DNA from: a virus
Taxonomy: Duplodnaviria > Caudoviricetes
Virus record (IMG/VR): IMGVR_UViG_3300018080_000180
Span: 368-64,367 of that record
Length of the DNA stretch: 64,000 nt
Reading direction: 5' to 3' (one strand)
A program made the translations under genes and the position numbers. Below are positions 34,949-45,510 of the stretch, in pieces. Below the pieces are notes generated by a model. It searched no databases and was not told the origin of the DNA. It saw only the letters and a program-made list of their open reading frames with translations. The stretch's first letter is position 1; each line of letters opens with the position of its first letter.

Positions 34949-36370
34949 TTAGGTGGCTGATTCGTACATGAGCTCGAAGCTCGTAGTTCCAATTTGTGCA
35001 GTAACTGTGCCGGCAGCCGTCGGCGAACCGGCCGAAGCGACTCCATCAGAAAATGCAGCAAAGCGACCGCTGTCGTCCTTCACATCGCCGGTAAACACAA
35101 AAGCAGTGTCATCGACCTCCACATAGGTGGTTTCATAATACCCGCCGATATACAACGTCGCAGTGTTGCCACGAGGGCGAATCTTTGTCGCTTCAAGCCA
35201 ACGGTCACCATGGATAAGCAGGTTGGCATAGGTATTGACAAAACGATCTTCGTCGGTCGTCAGCGCATCGAACGACTGAATCAAAGCAAGACTGCTGGTA
35301 TCAGGATCCTCGGTCCAGATCTGATACTGGGCGTATCGATAGGTTGTCTGGGCGGCCTGCCACGCCACGCGAGTTTCAGCTGCGGTGATCATGTCGGTTG
35401 TGTTGTACTCTTGCAGGATGTACCGAGTTGCTATTCCGTAGCCGTTATCAATCAACGAAGGGTCAACGGCGCCACGCGACATGCTGTGGAACACCTGTGA
35501 ATCAGATGGAGATGTATCCTGTGACCACGACTGATCAAGTATGCCAAGAATATCTACGTCGTTCGGAGGTATCGTCGCGAGCACCTGCCCGGCATCGATT
35601 GTTATCCCGGTAGCCTCAAGGAGAATGTTCGTGCCATTGGCCGTATTCGGGTTGATGTTAACCGTTCCAGAGTCAAGATCAAGGGTTATCCTCGACTGAG
35701 TAGCACCCGGTCCACCAATTATGACTTCCTTATTCCCGGTAAACTGCAGGCTCCCGTCATAGGACGGAGAGTCGACAACGGTAGAAACGAGAAGTGCCCC
35801 GAGGCCAGAGTTGAGGCCCATGTAGCCCCACGAGTCGGTACGGTAGTTACCGAACCGAATGTAGTTGTCTTCCTCGATCCAGATGTCCTCGACCGTTTCG
35901 AGTGGAAGCTGGAGGTCGACAATAACATTGGGCTCCCCATCGATCAGAATGTCGTCGCCGGCATAAACTTCGATGCCGGTTGCTGCCCTCGTCGTCACAA
36001 AAAGGGCAGACCGTGACGTCGAATAGCTCATCGAAGCCTCGGGTACAGTCGTACTCCCGAAGTTGATGGCCTCATTATCGGGGATATATGCGCCCTTTTC
36101 GAGCACCATCTTTGTGCCGTCAATGAACGTAACACCGTCGGTATCGGTGATATTGAACCCATCGCTATCGACCAGCGCAAGTCTGCCGACAGTGAGGCCA
36201 TGATCACGCGAATTCAATCCATGATAGGTCGTGCTTCCGATCCTGTGAACCAGCTGCTTGTCATCGGTGCTCAGACCGATCTGATTATCCTGAAGCTCCT
36301 TGGTCCCGCCAAGAAGCGTCAGCTCGGAATAGAGACCATTCTCACGAAGTATTTGTTTGTCGACTGCCAT
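34949..36370 (-). CDS. Tail fibre/spike-like protein
   Basis: Beta-rich; ELQDNQIGLSTDDKQL N-terminal attachment motif. Confidence 0.55.
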   Translation of the reverse strand: MAVDKQILRENGLYSELTLLGGTKELQDNQIGLSTDDKQLVHRIGSTTYHGLNSRDHGLTVGRLALVDSDGFNITDTDGVTFIDGTKMVLEKGAYIPDNEAINFGSTTVPEASMSYSTSRSALFVTTRAATGIEVYAGDDILIDGEPNVIVDLQLPLETVEDIWIEEDNYIRFGNYRTDSWGYMGLNSGLGALLVSTVVDSPSYDGSLQFTGNKEVIIGGPGATQSRITLDLDSGTVNINPNTANGTNILLEATGITIDAGQVLATIPPNDVDILGILDQSWSQDTSPSDSQVFHSMSRGAVDPSLIDNGYGIATRYILQEYNTTDMITAAETRVAWQAAQTTYRYAQYQIWTEDPDTSSLALIQSFDALTTDEDRFVNTYANLLIHGDRWLEATKIRPRGNTATLYIGGYYETTYVEVDDTAFVFTGDVKDDSGRFAAFSDGVASAGSPTAAGTVTAQIGTTSFELMYESAT

Positions 36371-36373
36371 TGG

Positions 36374-38485
36374 TTACTCCTCGCAGACTTGTCCGCCGAC
36401 GTCCTGCACAACGTCGTCGCCTGTTATTGCTGTGCCGCCATTATCGTTCCAGATATCGCTCCCAGAAAGCTCGGTGCCGCCATTGTCCTGAACAACGTCG
36501 TCGCACGCCTCCTCGTTCGTCCAGAACCAGAGGATATACCCGTCTTCCTTTGAATAGGTGCTCACACACCTGTAAAACGGATCCATGCGATCGAGGATCT
36601 TTTTGATGGCCGAAAGGCTCGTGGATGAATCTACCGCATAGTCGGTCGTTCCCCACTTTCTGCCATCATAGGTTCTGAACGAGAATTCAGAGGTAAGGCC
36701 AAAGATGAGGTTCGACCGCACCCTCTGGAAGCTCTCCCAGAATATGATTCCAATGTCGCCATCGTAGACGGTGAGGTCATCGATACGGGCGACGAACTCG
36801 CCGATATCCTTGTTGCCGGCGTTGACAACGGTCTGGAGCGAGGTACCATAAGTTTCATTCGGATGAAAGACCGAGAAGTTACCGGCAAACGCCTCCATGT
36901 GGACGACACGCTGGTGCGTCTTGAAATACTGGATGTCTCTCCGATAGTAGCCAGCTCTGAATATATTGGTAAGCTGACTGTATCTTGCCTCGTCATCGTT
37001 TCGGTTACAAGCAAACATGAATCCGCTGTCAATAACTCCACGATCTCCTCCGACCATGGCGTTAAAGAAACGGGCAGGGATGTACAGGTCGCTCTCCGAA
37101 TTGATTCTGGCGTCGATTGACGGAGAAGAGGATCCATCGGTGACAACGTCGGGGAGAACATCAAAGTAGGTACGCTGGAACTCGTAGGTTTTCCCGACAG
37201 CGGTATCGGCGACCCCAAGAGTATAGGCGATTGGCACACCACTGATCGACGTGTCCGCAATGGTAACCCGAGTTGGGCTGACATATCCGGTAATATGAGT
37301 ATAAGCACCAGTGTGAAAAAAGATCGGTTTACCAACATCAGTAGCCTCGAATACTTCCAGCGCGGGTCCAGACACCTTGTCAAGGATTCCACCGGATATG
37401 TTTGCCATCCCTATGCGTCCGCCACCTATCGCGATCGCGTTGTTTCCGGTTGTAATTCCAGTTACCAAGTCTGGACCAACACTCTGAATCGACCCGACAA
37501 GGCCATTGATATCCTTGATGGCCGCACCACGATCCGGGGCATCAAAGCCTACGCTCCCGAGAATTGGAGAAACGGCGTATGGCGGACCAGCAGGATTAAC
37601 AGAAACCATCATCACCTTTGCAACCGGAACATCATCAACCCACACAACCTGATCGACACGGTTGCCGATCCACTGGCCGGCCGAAAACACCCGACCGGGC
37701 TCAGCCCCCTTTGTTCCAATATTCTTGGTCCGATAAATAGAAGCAGAGCTGGCAGAGTAGTTTCCAGCAGGAACCTCGATGTTTCCTACCGGAGTGTCGG
37801 TAGCGGTTGGGCTGATCTCTGTTGCACGAAACACGTCTCCGTAATCTACACTGTCAATCTCTTGACAGGTGCCACTCTCCCACAAAAGCTCGCTGGTTCC
37901 ATCGGCGCGATTCCCGGTATAATCGGAAAACGGAAACCTTGACAACGAATAGGTGTACCGATACCCGTAGATCTTTGACGAATCCTCTGGAACTCCAGTG
38001 ATCAGCGTGGTGGGAACACCCTCGTTGATACGGTACATATAGTAAAACGATTCGTCAAGAACAATCCGATAGATGGCATCACCGCTGAACAGGTAGGCTT
38101 CTTTTTCGTAAACCGCAATGTCGCCGTCGGTGTCCGATACAGCAGTGCTGCTGAAGTTTTCTACTGGCGTGTAAGTCGTTATCGGCTTGTCAGTTACGTA
38201 GACTGTCGAACCGTACTGCCAGATGACAAGGCCCATATTCTCGTGATCTGCACGGGCATTAAGATCCCCGCTGGGGGTCGCGACGTCCGTGTACAAACGA
38301 GATCCCGGGCGTCCTTCGGCCCACGTCCGGTAGTTGTTTACATTGACACTCTTTTCAGAATATCCAACAGGGATGCCGGACCCGGGAGGAGCCTGCAACA
38401 TGCCACGCCAGCTCTTCTGAAGTATATCGAAGGGCTGCTCAGCTCTGGTTATGTTAACCGGACGTTTGAGCTGAATCTTGGACAT
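36374..38485 (-). CDS. Tail nozzle/stabilisation protein (P22 gp10-like) N-terminal part
   Basis: WRGM...NV...GRPG start, beta-propeller features, follows adaptor gene. Confidence 0.65.
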   Translation of the reverse strand: MSKIQLKRPVNITRAEQPFDILQKSWRGMLQAPPGSGIPVGYSEKSVNVNNYRTWAEGRPGSRLYTDVATPSGDLNARADHENMGLVIWQYGSTVYVTDKPITTYTPVENFSSTAVSDTDGDIAVYEKEAYLFSGDAIYRIVLDESFYYMYRINEGVPTTLITGVPEDSSKIYGYRYTYSLSRFPFSDYTGNRADGTSELLWESGTCQEIDSVDYGDVFRATEISPTATDTPVGNIEVPAGNYSASSASIYRTKNIGTKGAEPGRVFSAGQWIGNRVDQVVWVDDVPVAKVMMVSVNPAGPPYAVSPILGSVGFDAPDRGAAIKDINGLVGSIQSVGPDLVTGITTGNNAIAIGGGRIGMANISGGILDKVSGPALEVFEATDVGKPIFFHTGAYTHITGYVSPTRVTIADTSISGVPIAYTLGVADTAVGKTYEFQRTYFDVLPDVVTDGSSSPSIDARINSESDLYIPARFFNAMVGGDRGVIDSGFMFACNRNDDEARYSQLTNIFRAGYYRRDIQYFKTHQRVVHMEAFAGNFSVFHPNETYGTSLQTVVNAGNKDIGEFVARIDDLTVYDGDIGIIFWESFQRVRSNLIFGLTSEFSFRTYDGRKWGTTDYAVDSSTSLSAIKKILDRMDPFYRCVSTYSKEDGYILWFWTNEEACDDVVQDNGGTELSGSDIWNDNGGTAITGDDVVQDVGGQVCEE

Positions 38486-38488
38486 CCG

Positions 38489-39175
38489 TTACCTCGAATA
38501 CCCGAATGAGTCGGCCGGATACACTCTGGCTTCCTCTTGAATTGGGGTTCTTCCGATCCGCGCCTGCTGGCCTCGGTTCAGCTGGTTGCGTATCTGCCGG
38601 CAAACGCGCTCGATGATCACTTCGTCGCTGCCATCATCGCCATACTCTTCCGACCGAAGCATGGCGATAACTGCCTTCCGCATGCGCCAGTGGACATGCT
38701 GTGGCAACGTGAGCTGAATGTTGATGTCGGTTAACGGGGTCGCCTGAATGTAGTATTCAAGGTAATACTTAGTTGTCGTTGAGCCGGGATTGAACGGAAA
38801 CTCTACAGTGGCAAGCTGCCCATTGTCGGGAATTGCATCCCGAGTGTTAACACCAACCTGATAAAATCCCCGGCCATTGAAATAATAGTTCTTACTCCAA
38901 GGCCGGGGCAGTGAACGAGAATCGATGCTCGGAGGTGACTCGGCAAAAACCGCCTTGACCCTTCTGCAGTTCGCGGGACAGTCATACTGGTGTATGTTGT
39001 TCTGCGTCACGAGGTAGGGCGGCATCCCGGTAGAGGGATTAATGTACGTTGTCTGCATGGTATCCTGCTCGTACACGATGGTCTGGATCTCATCGAGAAC
39101 ATTCAGGATCTGCTCCAACGTGTAGTTGCCTACCCGCCTGCGGATCATCTCACAGTTATACCGAGTCGATGGCAT
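38489..39175 (-). CDS. Head-tail adaptor protein
   Basis: Position; QYDCPANCRRV, YYLEYY..ATPL, LPQHVH. Confidence 0.6.
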   Translation of the reverse strand: MPSTRYNCEMIRRRVGNYTLEQILNVLDEIQTIVYEQDTMQTTYINPSTGMPPYLVTQNNIHQYDCPANCRRVKAVFAESPPSIDSRSLPRPWSKNYYFNGRGFYQVGVNTRDAIPDNGQLATVEFPFNPGSTTTKYYLEYYIQATPLTDINIQLTLPQHVHWRMRKAVIAMLRSEEYGDDGSDEVIIERVCRQIRNQLNRGQQARIGRTPIQEEARVYPADSFGYSR

Positions 39176-39176
39176 G

Positions 39177-39974
39177 TTAGGCCGTCACTTTCTCCGGTTC
39201 GGTCTTGTTGCCGGTTGCTTCGAGAATCGAGTCAATGACGATAACCTTCGTCGCCTTCGGGTCGAGCTCTATCCCATATTCGTCACGGGCAACCTTTTTG
39301 AGCTTCTGGAATTCCATGACCTCAAGAGCCTCGCGACTGTAATGGGTGTTCAACTCGTTGGACTTGGCGGCTATTGCCTTCTCTTTCTCGCGCAGAAGTT
39401 TCTCGCGACGAGCAAGCTCCTGTTCCTTCTTGTGAAGGTCCATTGACTTCTGCGTAAGATTGAGATTGAGCTTGCTGTCCTCGCTATGAATGGGAACCGG
39501 AGCACGCTGCTCACTGACCGTTTCAAAACGATTGCGATGCATGTCTTCGCGTCGACGATCGTTGAATTCCTTCCATTCGGTCGAAAGGCCTTCTTCGATT
39601 TTCTTCGCGAGCACCTCTACCTCGGCCCTGATAACCTCGTCGTCGATTTCCCAGAGGCCGTCGTAAAAGTGATGCGCGAGAACAATGAGGTTGTGTCTGG
39701 TCTTCGGAACATATGAGAAGTAAAGCCCGAGGGGGCTCTTCTGCCACTGGGCACATCCGGGCTCCCGATAGGTGATCGTGGGAACACCACGCTCTTTACG
39801 AATGATCGCATCCTCGAACCCATGTGACTTCGAGTTCGGCGTATTCGCTCTGCTGCTGTTCCAGTTCAGCTTGATGAGGGTGAACGGATTGCCATAAGCA
39901 TCCGGAATGCCCTTAGCAAGCTCGATCCACTCGTCGGTCGGGTGCTGCTTTGTTGCTCCGTATACGATTACCAT
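39177..39974 (-). CDS. Hypothetical protein with C-terminal HeH/Rho-N-like motif
   Basis: LKKVARDEYGIELDPKATKVIVIDSIL. Confidence 0.65.
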   Translation of the reverse strand: MVIVYGATKQHPTDEWIELAKGIPDAYGNPFTLIKLNWNSSRANTPNSKSHGFEDAIIRKERGVPTITYREPGCAQWQKSPLGLYFSYVPKTRHNLIVLAHHFYDGLWEIDDEVIRAEVEVLAKKIEEGLSTEWKEFNDRRREDMHRNRFETVSEQRAPVPIHSEDSKLNLNLTQKSMDLHKKEQELARREKLLREKEKAIAAKSNELNTHYSREALEVMEFQKLKKVARDEYGIELDPKATKVIVIDSILEATGNKTEPEKVTA

Positions 39975-40005
39975 AATGAACCTTTCGTCAAATAAGTGAC
40001 AATAG

Positions 40006-40025
40006 AAAAAAAGGACTACCGTCCC
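40006..40025 (-). terminator. Short intrinsic terminator
   Basis: GGAC-GGTA-GTCC followed by T-tract. Confidence 0.45.
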
Positions 40026-40156
40026 GGGAACTCAGTCAGCGGATAAATGCTATCCCGTTTGCCCTTTTTCTTGGGCTTCGTTTTCTTGAGGATAGTACGG
40101 CTGTATGTTGGCTCCCCGACGGCAGGCTTGTTAACAACCTTTCCCTGAACTATCAT
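40016..40156 (-). CDS. Small basic protein (46 aa, MIVQGKVVNK...)
   Basis: GGAG SD; fills gap after MCP; below ORF-track cutoff. Confidence 0.5.
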   Translation of the reverse strand: MIVQGKVVNKPAVGEPTYSRTILKKTKPKKKGKRDSIYPLTEFPGR

Positions 40157-40174
40157 GATTCACTCCATTGGAAT

Positions 40175-40200
40175 GAAAGGGAGGGGTGTTACCCCCTCCC
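40175..40200 (-). terminator. Hairpin after MCP
   Basis: GGGAGGGG-GTAACA-CCCCTCCC-TTT. Confidence 0.65.
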
Positions 40201-40206
40201 AGTCGT

Positions 40207-41463
40207 TCAGTCGACCGGAGGTGCCGCAAACGGCACAACGATCGAGCCCTGCTGCTGGAGAGTGGTGCTTCCAGCATTCTCGCCGACATCGTATCCGACC
40301 TGCTTGATTCCGCAGCTGCAGAATACGCCCGAGCCGAAGTACTTGTCGTACTGCTGGTATTCCCATTCCCAGTGGAAACCCTCGGGCATCCACTCGCACA
40401 GCGCGGCCTGACCGACAAGGAAGCCGACCTGACGCGCTGCAGCGGTCTTGTCCCGGGGATCCGAGGAGCCGTCATCCGCATTACCCATCCCCCGGTAGAG
40501 GGCGGTAAGCGAAGCGCCACCGGTCGCTCCGGTGGCGGTTCCGCCAACGGTGAGCGTGGGATAGCGGGGATCTTCGATGAAACGGATGCAGCCCAGCTGG
40601 CCGAGGAATCCCGGATACATGAACCGGATTTCCTGCGAGAAGGCCTGAGCATCACGCCAGATCGGACCAAGGGCGCCAACCTGCGTGGGGTGCTTCAGCC
40701 ATGTGGCCTGCGGGGAAGGAATGAAGAACAGGTATCCCTCGGTGCCGTCCTCGAACATGATCCGACGGATCAGGCTCTCGGTGCTCGCCCACTCTTCAAG
40801 ACGCTGGAAGAAACGCACGCTGGCTGCAGCGTTGGTCCCGGTCCCTGCGGTATTAAGCGCGTTGACCAGAGTCTGCGTCCATGTCGCGTAGCTTGCGTTG
40901 TAGACGGGCTGCTGAGCATTGCTCAGGCCGGGGATGTACCAGTTCGGGGACCACGACGGGTTCAGGAAGTGCGGTGCGGTTGCAAGGTTCTCCGACGCGC
41001 CTTCGAGAAGAGCCTGACGCCGCATCTTGCCGAAGTACTGCTTGAAGTACCGGCCCAGAAGCGGGACACGCTGCTCGAAGAGCTTGTAGGGGAACTTGTC
41101 ACGGGCATAGATACCATACGCCTGATTGGTTGTCGCATGGCTGATGTCCGTGTACTGCATCTTGAAGAACTTGGTCGTGATGTCTTCTTCGTTCAGGCGC
41201 TGGTCGCCGTTGGCGCCGAGGGTCGGGGCCTCGTAGAGATCCTTGACCATCGGAACCTTGACCGTGCGGCCTTCGTCTGCCTTGGCGTCGAGCTTCAGGT
41301 AGATGGCATTCGGCAGCGCCGGAGCATCTTCGCCTACGGAGTAGACGTAGTCGTCTGACAGCTTGTCGAACACTTCCTGAGGAAGCGCCTCTTTTTTGAG
41401 ATCGGTGAGAAAAATCTCGATCTGCAGTTCAGGATCGAGAACACCGGGAGTATTAATCGCCAC
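40207..41463 (-). CDS. Major capsid protein (N4-gp56/DUF4043-like)
   Basis: GRTVKVPMVKDL..GDQRLNEE; after scaffold; AAGGA SD; followed by hairpin. Confidence 0.8.
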   Translation of the reverse strand: MAINTPGVLDPELQIEIFLTDLKKEALPQEVFDKLSDDYVYSVGEDAPALPNAIYLKLDAKADEGRTVKVPMVKDLYEAPTLGANGDQRLNEEDITTKFFKMQYTDISHATTNQAYGIYARDKFPYKLFEQRVPLLGRYFKQYFGKMRRQALLEGASENLATAPHFLNPSWSPNWYIPGLSNAQQPVYNASYATWTQTLVNALNTAGTGTNAAASVRFFQRLEEWASTESLIRRIMFEDGTEGYLFFIPSPQATWLKHPTQVGALGPIWRDAQAFSQEIRFMYPGFLGQLGCIRFIEDPRYPTLTVGGTATGATGGASLTALYRGMGNADDGSSDPRDKTAAARQVGFLVGQAALCEWMPEGFHWEWEYQQYDKYFGSGVFCSCGIKQVGYDVGENAGSTTLQQQGSIVVPFAAPPVD

Positions 41464-41487
41464 GGTGCGGTCCTTTCTTGGATGTGG

Positions 41488-42855
41488 TCACCGCTTCTTC
41501 GCTCCGATACCAAACCTGTTCCGAAGAGCATTGAACTCATCGGACAGATCTTTATTGTTATCGAACCTCGTGACGTTCTGGGCACGCATCTTCGTAAGCT
41601 CACGAAGACGGCCGGCAGCCTCCTCATTGGACTGCGACGTGATGTCCTTCGGGGGTTGACCGTGAACGCCACTTGGAGGAACGGCGACCGATTCTTCTTG
41701 GTCGCGTCGGACTTTATCCTGCAGAGACTGTGACTCCGCCGGAGAGGGGTGCTTCGACGGAGGCGTTGACCCTTCAACAGGGACGCCCCAGATCTGCTGC
41801 TGTTCCTTTATGAGATCCGCCACTGAATCGTAGCGAAGCTCAGGATACCCCTGTGTAAAATCGGCGAACCGATTGGCGAGAGGTTTGATCCGGTTGAAGG
41901 CCTCCATATCGGATTTCGGCAACCGGCTCAGATAATCGTTATCCTTTCGGATAATGGCATCGTTGATGGCAGCAATATCAACAGAAGTGTTGATCTTGGC
42001 AGTGGTCATGTGCTCCCGGATCTTACCCCAGAAGCTATCCCACGCTTTCTGCTTCTCGCCTTTGCTCAGATTATCAACGTGCTCGAAAGCGGTCGCTGCC
42101 TTCTGCTCAACGTCGGAGATCTTTTTCCGGAGACCGGCATTGACTTTGGCCACCTTGGCTGCGTACTCGCCCATTTCGATCATGTACTTGTTCGCAGCCG
42201 TCTGGTAGTCATCATCAAAAAGGCCACCTTCGAAGTCATCAGGCTTCGGTGCTTTCGGCGGCTCACCAACATCGACGTCGGATACGCCGGAGTCGGTCGG
42301 TGATTCAGGCGGTTTCCCGGTCTTGATCTGCTTGTGAAGGTTCTGAAGTTGCTGCTCCAGATCCTTCTTCTGCTGACCGAGCTTTCCGCCACTCTCGTTC
42401 AATCTGTCAATCTGCTTACGGAGGTCGCCGACATCCGATAGCAGCTTACGGTGAGCCTCCTCCATTGCTTCCTTGGAACCATAGCCGAGGAAATTATCCG
42501 AGGACGAACCTTCGGGTGGCTTCTCCGTCGGGGGTTCACTTCCCTTTGGCGGCGTGGCATCGGGGATCTCGGTCTTTCCGGGCTGCGAAGGCGGATTGGA
42601 TTCTCCCGGGGGAGTGCTTCCTTCCGAATGCTGCCCTTCTGCGGGAGGAGCACCCTCCGGCGGCTTCTCTCCTGCAGGCGGATTGTCTGAGATCATCCCG
42701 GTGCGAATGTCGCTTCCGGGTGCGGCTGCAACGAATTTCATGAACTCATCGCGTTCGTCGCCTTTCTTGGGAACCTCGATCTCGTTAGAACGAATCTTCC
42801 CGAGTATCTCGGCCTGCGAAAGGTCTTTGATTTTGACAAGTGTGTCATTAGGCAT
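41488..42855 (-). CDS. Scaffolding protein
   Basis: P/E/S-rich disordered region plus coiled coil between portal and MCP. Confidence 0.65.
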   Translation of the reverse strand: MPNDTLVKIKDLSQAEILGKIRSNEIEVPKKGDERDEFMKFVAAAPGSDIRTGMISDNPPAGEKPPEGAPPAEGQHSEGSTPPGESNPPSQPGKTEIPDATPPKGSEPPTEKPPEGSSSDNFLGYGSKEAMEEAHRKLLSDVGDLRKQIDRLNESGGKLGQQKKDLEQQLQNLHKQIKTGKPPESPTDSGVSDVDVGEPPKAPKPDDFEGGLFDDDYQTAANKYMIEMGEYAAKVAKVNAGLRKKISDVEQKAATAFEHVDNLSKGEKQKAWDSFWGKIREHMTTAKINTSVDIAAINDAIIRKDNDYLSRLPKSDMEAFNRIKPLANRFADFTQGYPELRYDSVADLIKEQQQIWGVPVEGSTPPSKHPSPAESQSLQDKVRRDQEESVAVPPSGVHGQPPKDITSQSNEEAAGRLRELTKMRAQNVTRFDNNKDLSDEFNALRNRFGIGAKKR

Positions 42856-42901
42856 ATTGGTTTCTCCTCAGATCAGAACGCATCTTGATCGTGGAAAAGG
42901 T

Positions 42902-43144
42902 TTAGCTCTGGATCTGCGGCTTTGAGCTGCCGGCCGCAGGGAAGTTGTTCAGGTTCTCACCCTTGCCTGCGAGGTTCACGCCTGCGCGTGCCCGGCTCGC
43001 CGGCCCGGATGTCTGCTTGCCACCCGAGGGTGGGGACTTGCTGCCAGTTGCCGTGTTGCAAGGCTCGCCACCGGCACCCGCCGAAGCACTCCCCGAACCC
43101 GACACAGGCATGTTCTTCTTCTCGAACGTGGACTTACCGTTCAT
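42902..43144 (-). CDS. Small G/S-rich hypothetical protein
   Basis: AGGAGG SD, ATGA coupling. Confidence 0.6.
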   Translation of the reverse strand: MNGKSTFEKKNMPVSGSGSASAGAGGEPCNTATGSKSPPSGGKQTSGPASRARAGVNLAGKGENLNNFPAAGSSKPQIQS

Positions 43145-45240
43145 ACGGCTGCCTCCTGTGGTTGAGTTTGCATTTTTTCGATAAAGTTACCACCCTGAAG
43201 CATATTGTCACCCTCCTGCTGGGGAGTGCCTGCTCCTATTTCTGCCTGTGATGGACTGCCTGCTGAAAATTGCTGCGGGATCTGCTCCTGACCACTTCCG
43301 CCCATGGCGCTCTGCTGGCCCTCTTCCTGAGCTGCCTGCCCAAGACCAATGAGCTTGTTGCGCAACATGAGCACGTTGATCGACGTCTGGTAGCCAGCCT
43401 CCATCTTCAGTAGACCAACAGCCTTGCGTATCTCTTCTTTCTGCTCATCAGGAATCTCTTGGGTTTCAAGAATGGCGCCGGTCATGATGAGACGCAGCAG
43501 CCGGTCCTGAGGGTCGGTAAGCACCTGCAGGGTCTCGGCATAATTTGACCGCAGCTCTGTTCTCAGGTTGATGCCACTGGTCGAAGGAACCAGCACAACC
43601 TTCATCATTGGAAGAATACTGATATCATCGAGAACAAAGGTGTTTCCATACGAGTCGACAACCCGCTCGTTGATCACAAAGCCGTTGCTGTTCCCAGCGC
43701 CGGCAAACTCACGAGGAATCCCTGCGTAGGTGATCTTCGACTGGCGAGCATAGGCCAGAGCCTTCTCGCGCTTGTGGGTCTCCCAGAGCTTGGCGTACCA
43801 TTTCTGCCCCACGAGACCCATCTCGACCTTGTGACGGTACAGGATCCCGGTCTCCTGATTTGACTCTGTACGGGCGTCCATGGCCGCAGGAACGAGCGAC
43901 AGGCGGTCTGCGAGGTCATACCGCCGGCCGATCTGATTGACCAGATCAGGACGTGCGCTTGCCCCGGGAAGCTCGATAATTCCACCGTTCGGCAGATCCT
44001 TGGTCGAACCCTCGTCGAGCCAGATACGAGCTGCGGGGTCATTCCACCCCTGCTCGATCTCCAGCTCCTTCTGGGAGTCACCGCCAGTCAGGGCACGATC
44101 GAGAGCAAAGGCACCCTTTGCCGACCGGGCCTGAATGTCATCAACGTACATCTCGCCGCGATTGATCGACAGCTGAATGTCATACAGTCTATCAATGACA
44201 CCCTGATACTGGGAATGAAACTTGAGCCCGAGCGGATAGATGTTGCAGTTGTTGGTCTGAACCTTGTCCTTGCCCTTGGCGAGGAAAAGCTCCGAGTCGA
44301 TGGTGGGAACAATCGCTTCGTAAAACTTGATCACCCTCTTACGCTTGGTCCACGTAATGTCAAAATTCGGATCAAGTCCTACCTGCTGAATATACCGCTG
44401 CTTCGCCTCGCGGTCCTGCTCCGAACCGTTTTTGAATCCGGTGTCAGGAAAATTGCAGTGGTTCTTGATGTCGTATTCCCAGTCTTCGACTTCCTCTTTT
44501 GTAAAGTGGAAGCCGAGAACGCGATGGCGGTCCCCCCACTTGTGCTCAGTCTCTCGATAGTTCGGGATGTTGGTCGTATTCTGACCGTAATCAACGCCCT
44601 CAACCTCTTCGCGCTCTTTGAGCTGCTTCAGATAAGATGAGGTGTGTGGGAATTTCTCGGCTATCTCGTAGGCAAAGAGCATCTCTTCTTCGAAATAGCA
44701 CTTGATGTCGTTGATGTCAGAGGTTTTCCATGCAGGGTCAAGGAAGATGCAGAGCGGGTTGGGTGACTCCCACGCGCAGTTACCGAAGTCACTGAAGCGA
44801 TCGGATATCATCATGCGCTCGTAGCCGACCTGTATGAAGCAGTCTCGAAGCGCCAGCTGCTCCGGAGTTTCCCAGCCAAGATTGTACTTGTCAGAATAGT
44901 ACATATCCTGCAGCTTCAGAGCGAGGCTGTCGAGCTTGCCTATCATAGGCATGTACTTGATGTCGAACGGATTACTCAGGAAGGATCCGCATAAGGTCTC
45001 AACCTTCCATGCAGATATGTTGAAGGTCGGAGGACGGCGCCCCTGATTGCGCAGCTTCTCGACAGCATACGATGGCCACTGGCCAAAGTTGATCCCCCAG
45101 TACATACGGGAGTTGCGGATAAGGCGCTTCATATCCGGCTCCCAGTAATCCTGAAACCGCTCAAACTGGCGCTGAATAAATCCAGCCCTGCGAAGGCGAG
45201 TCTCGTCCCGGGGAGATGCTATGCTTTTATACGCTGGCAT
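43141..45240 (-). CDS. Portal protein (P22-like)
   Basis: 699 aa; GQW...RPPTFNI, DP.WK..D..D, Q-rich tail. Confidence 0.8.
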   Translation of the reverse strand: MPAYKSIASPRDETRLRRAGFIQRQFERFQDYWEPDMKRLIRNSRMYWGINFGQWPSYAVEKLRNQGRRPPTFNISAWKVETLCGSFLSNPFDIKYMPMIGKLDSLALKLQDMYYSDKYNLGWETPEQLALRDCFIQVGYERMMISDRFSDFGNCAWESPNPLCIFLDPAWKTSDINDIKCYFEEEMLFAYEIAEKFPHTSSYLKQLKEREEVEGVDYGQNTTNIPNYRETEHKWGDRHRVLGFHFTKEEVEDWEYDIKNHCNFPDTGFKNGSEQDREAKQRYIQQVGLDPNFDITWTKRKRVIKFYEAIVPTIDSELFLAKGKDKVQTNNCNIYPLGLKFHSQYQGVIDRLYDIQLSINRGEMYVDDIQARSAKGAFALDRALTGGDSQKELEIEQGWNDPAARIWLDEGSTKDLPNGGIIELPGASARPDLVNQIGRRYDLADRLSLVPAAMDARTESNQETGILYRHKVEMGLVGQKWYAKLWETHKREKALAYARQSKITYAGIPREFAGAGNSNGFVINERVVDSYGNTFVLDDISILPMMKVVLVPSTSGINLRTELRSNYAETLQVLTDPQDRLLRLIMTGAILETQEIPDEQKEEIRKAVGLLKMEAGYQTSINVLMLRNKLIGLGQAAQEEGQQSAMGGSGQEQIPQQFSAGSPSQAEIGAGTPQQEGDNMLQGGNFIEKMQTQPQEAAV

Positions 45241-45509
45241 TACAGAGTTGTAGCCTTCTCTTCAACCACGCCCTTGAGCGATGTCAGAAACTTGCTGAGA
45301 TCGGTGAAGGCGACCTCGGGAGACCCGTTCGGGCACATCGAGTACATCACCTTCTCTTCGCCATCGATGATTTTCTTGCGGATGTTGACGCTCATGTAGA
45401 CCGACCCGCTTGACTTCTCGTAGGTGGTCGCCGGAACTGCTCCGAGCTGGCTGTACACCTTTGACTTCGCTGATCGATCCATCGGCATTACTACATTCCC
45501 TGCTGCCAT
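45240..45509 (-). CDS. Hypothetical protein (89 aa)
   Basis: Coupled to portal. Confidence 0.6.
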   Translation of the reverse strand: MAAGNVVMPMDRSAKSKVYSQLGAVPATTYEKSSGSVYMSVNIRKKIIDGEEKVMYSMCPNGSPEVAFTDLSKFLTSLKGVVEEKATTL

Positions 45510-45510
45510 T

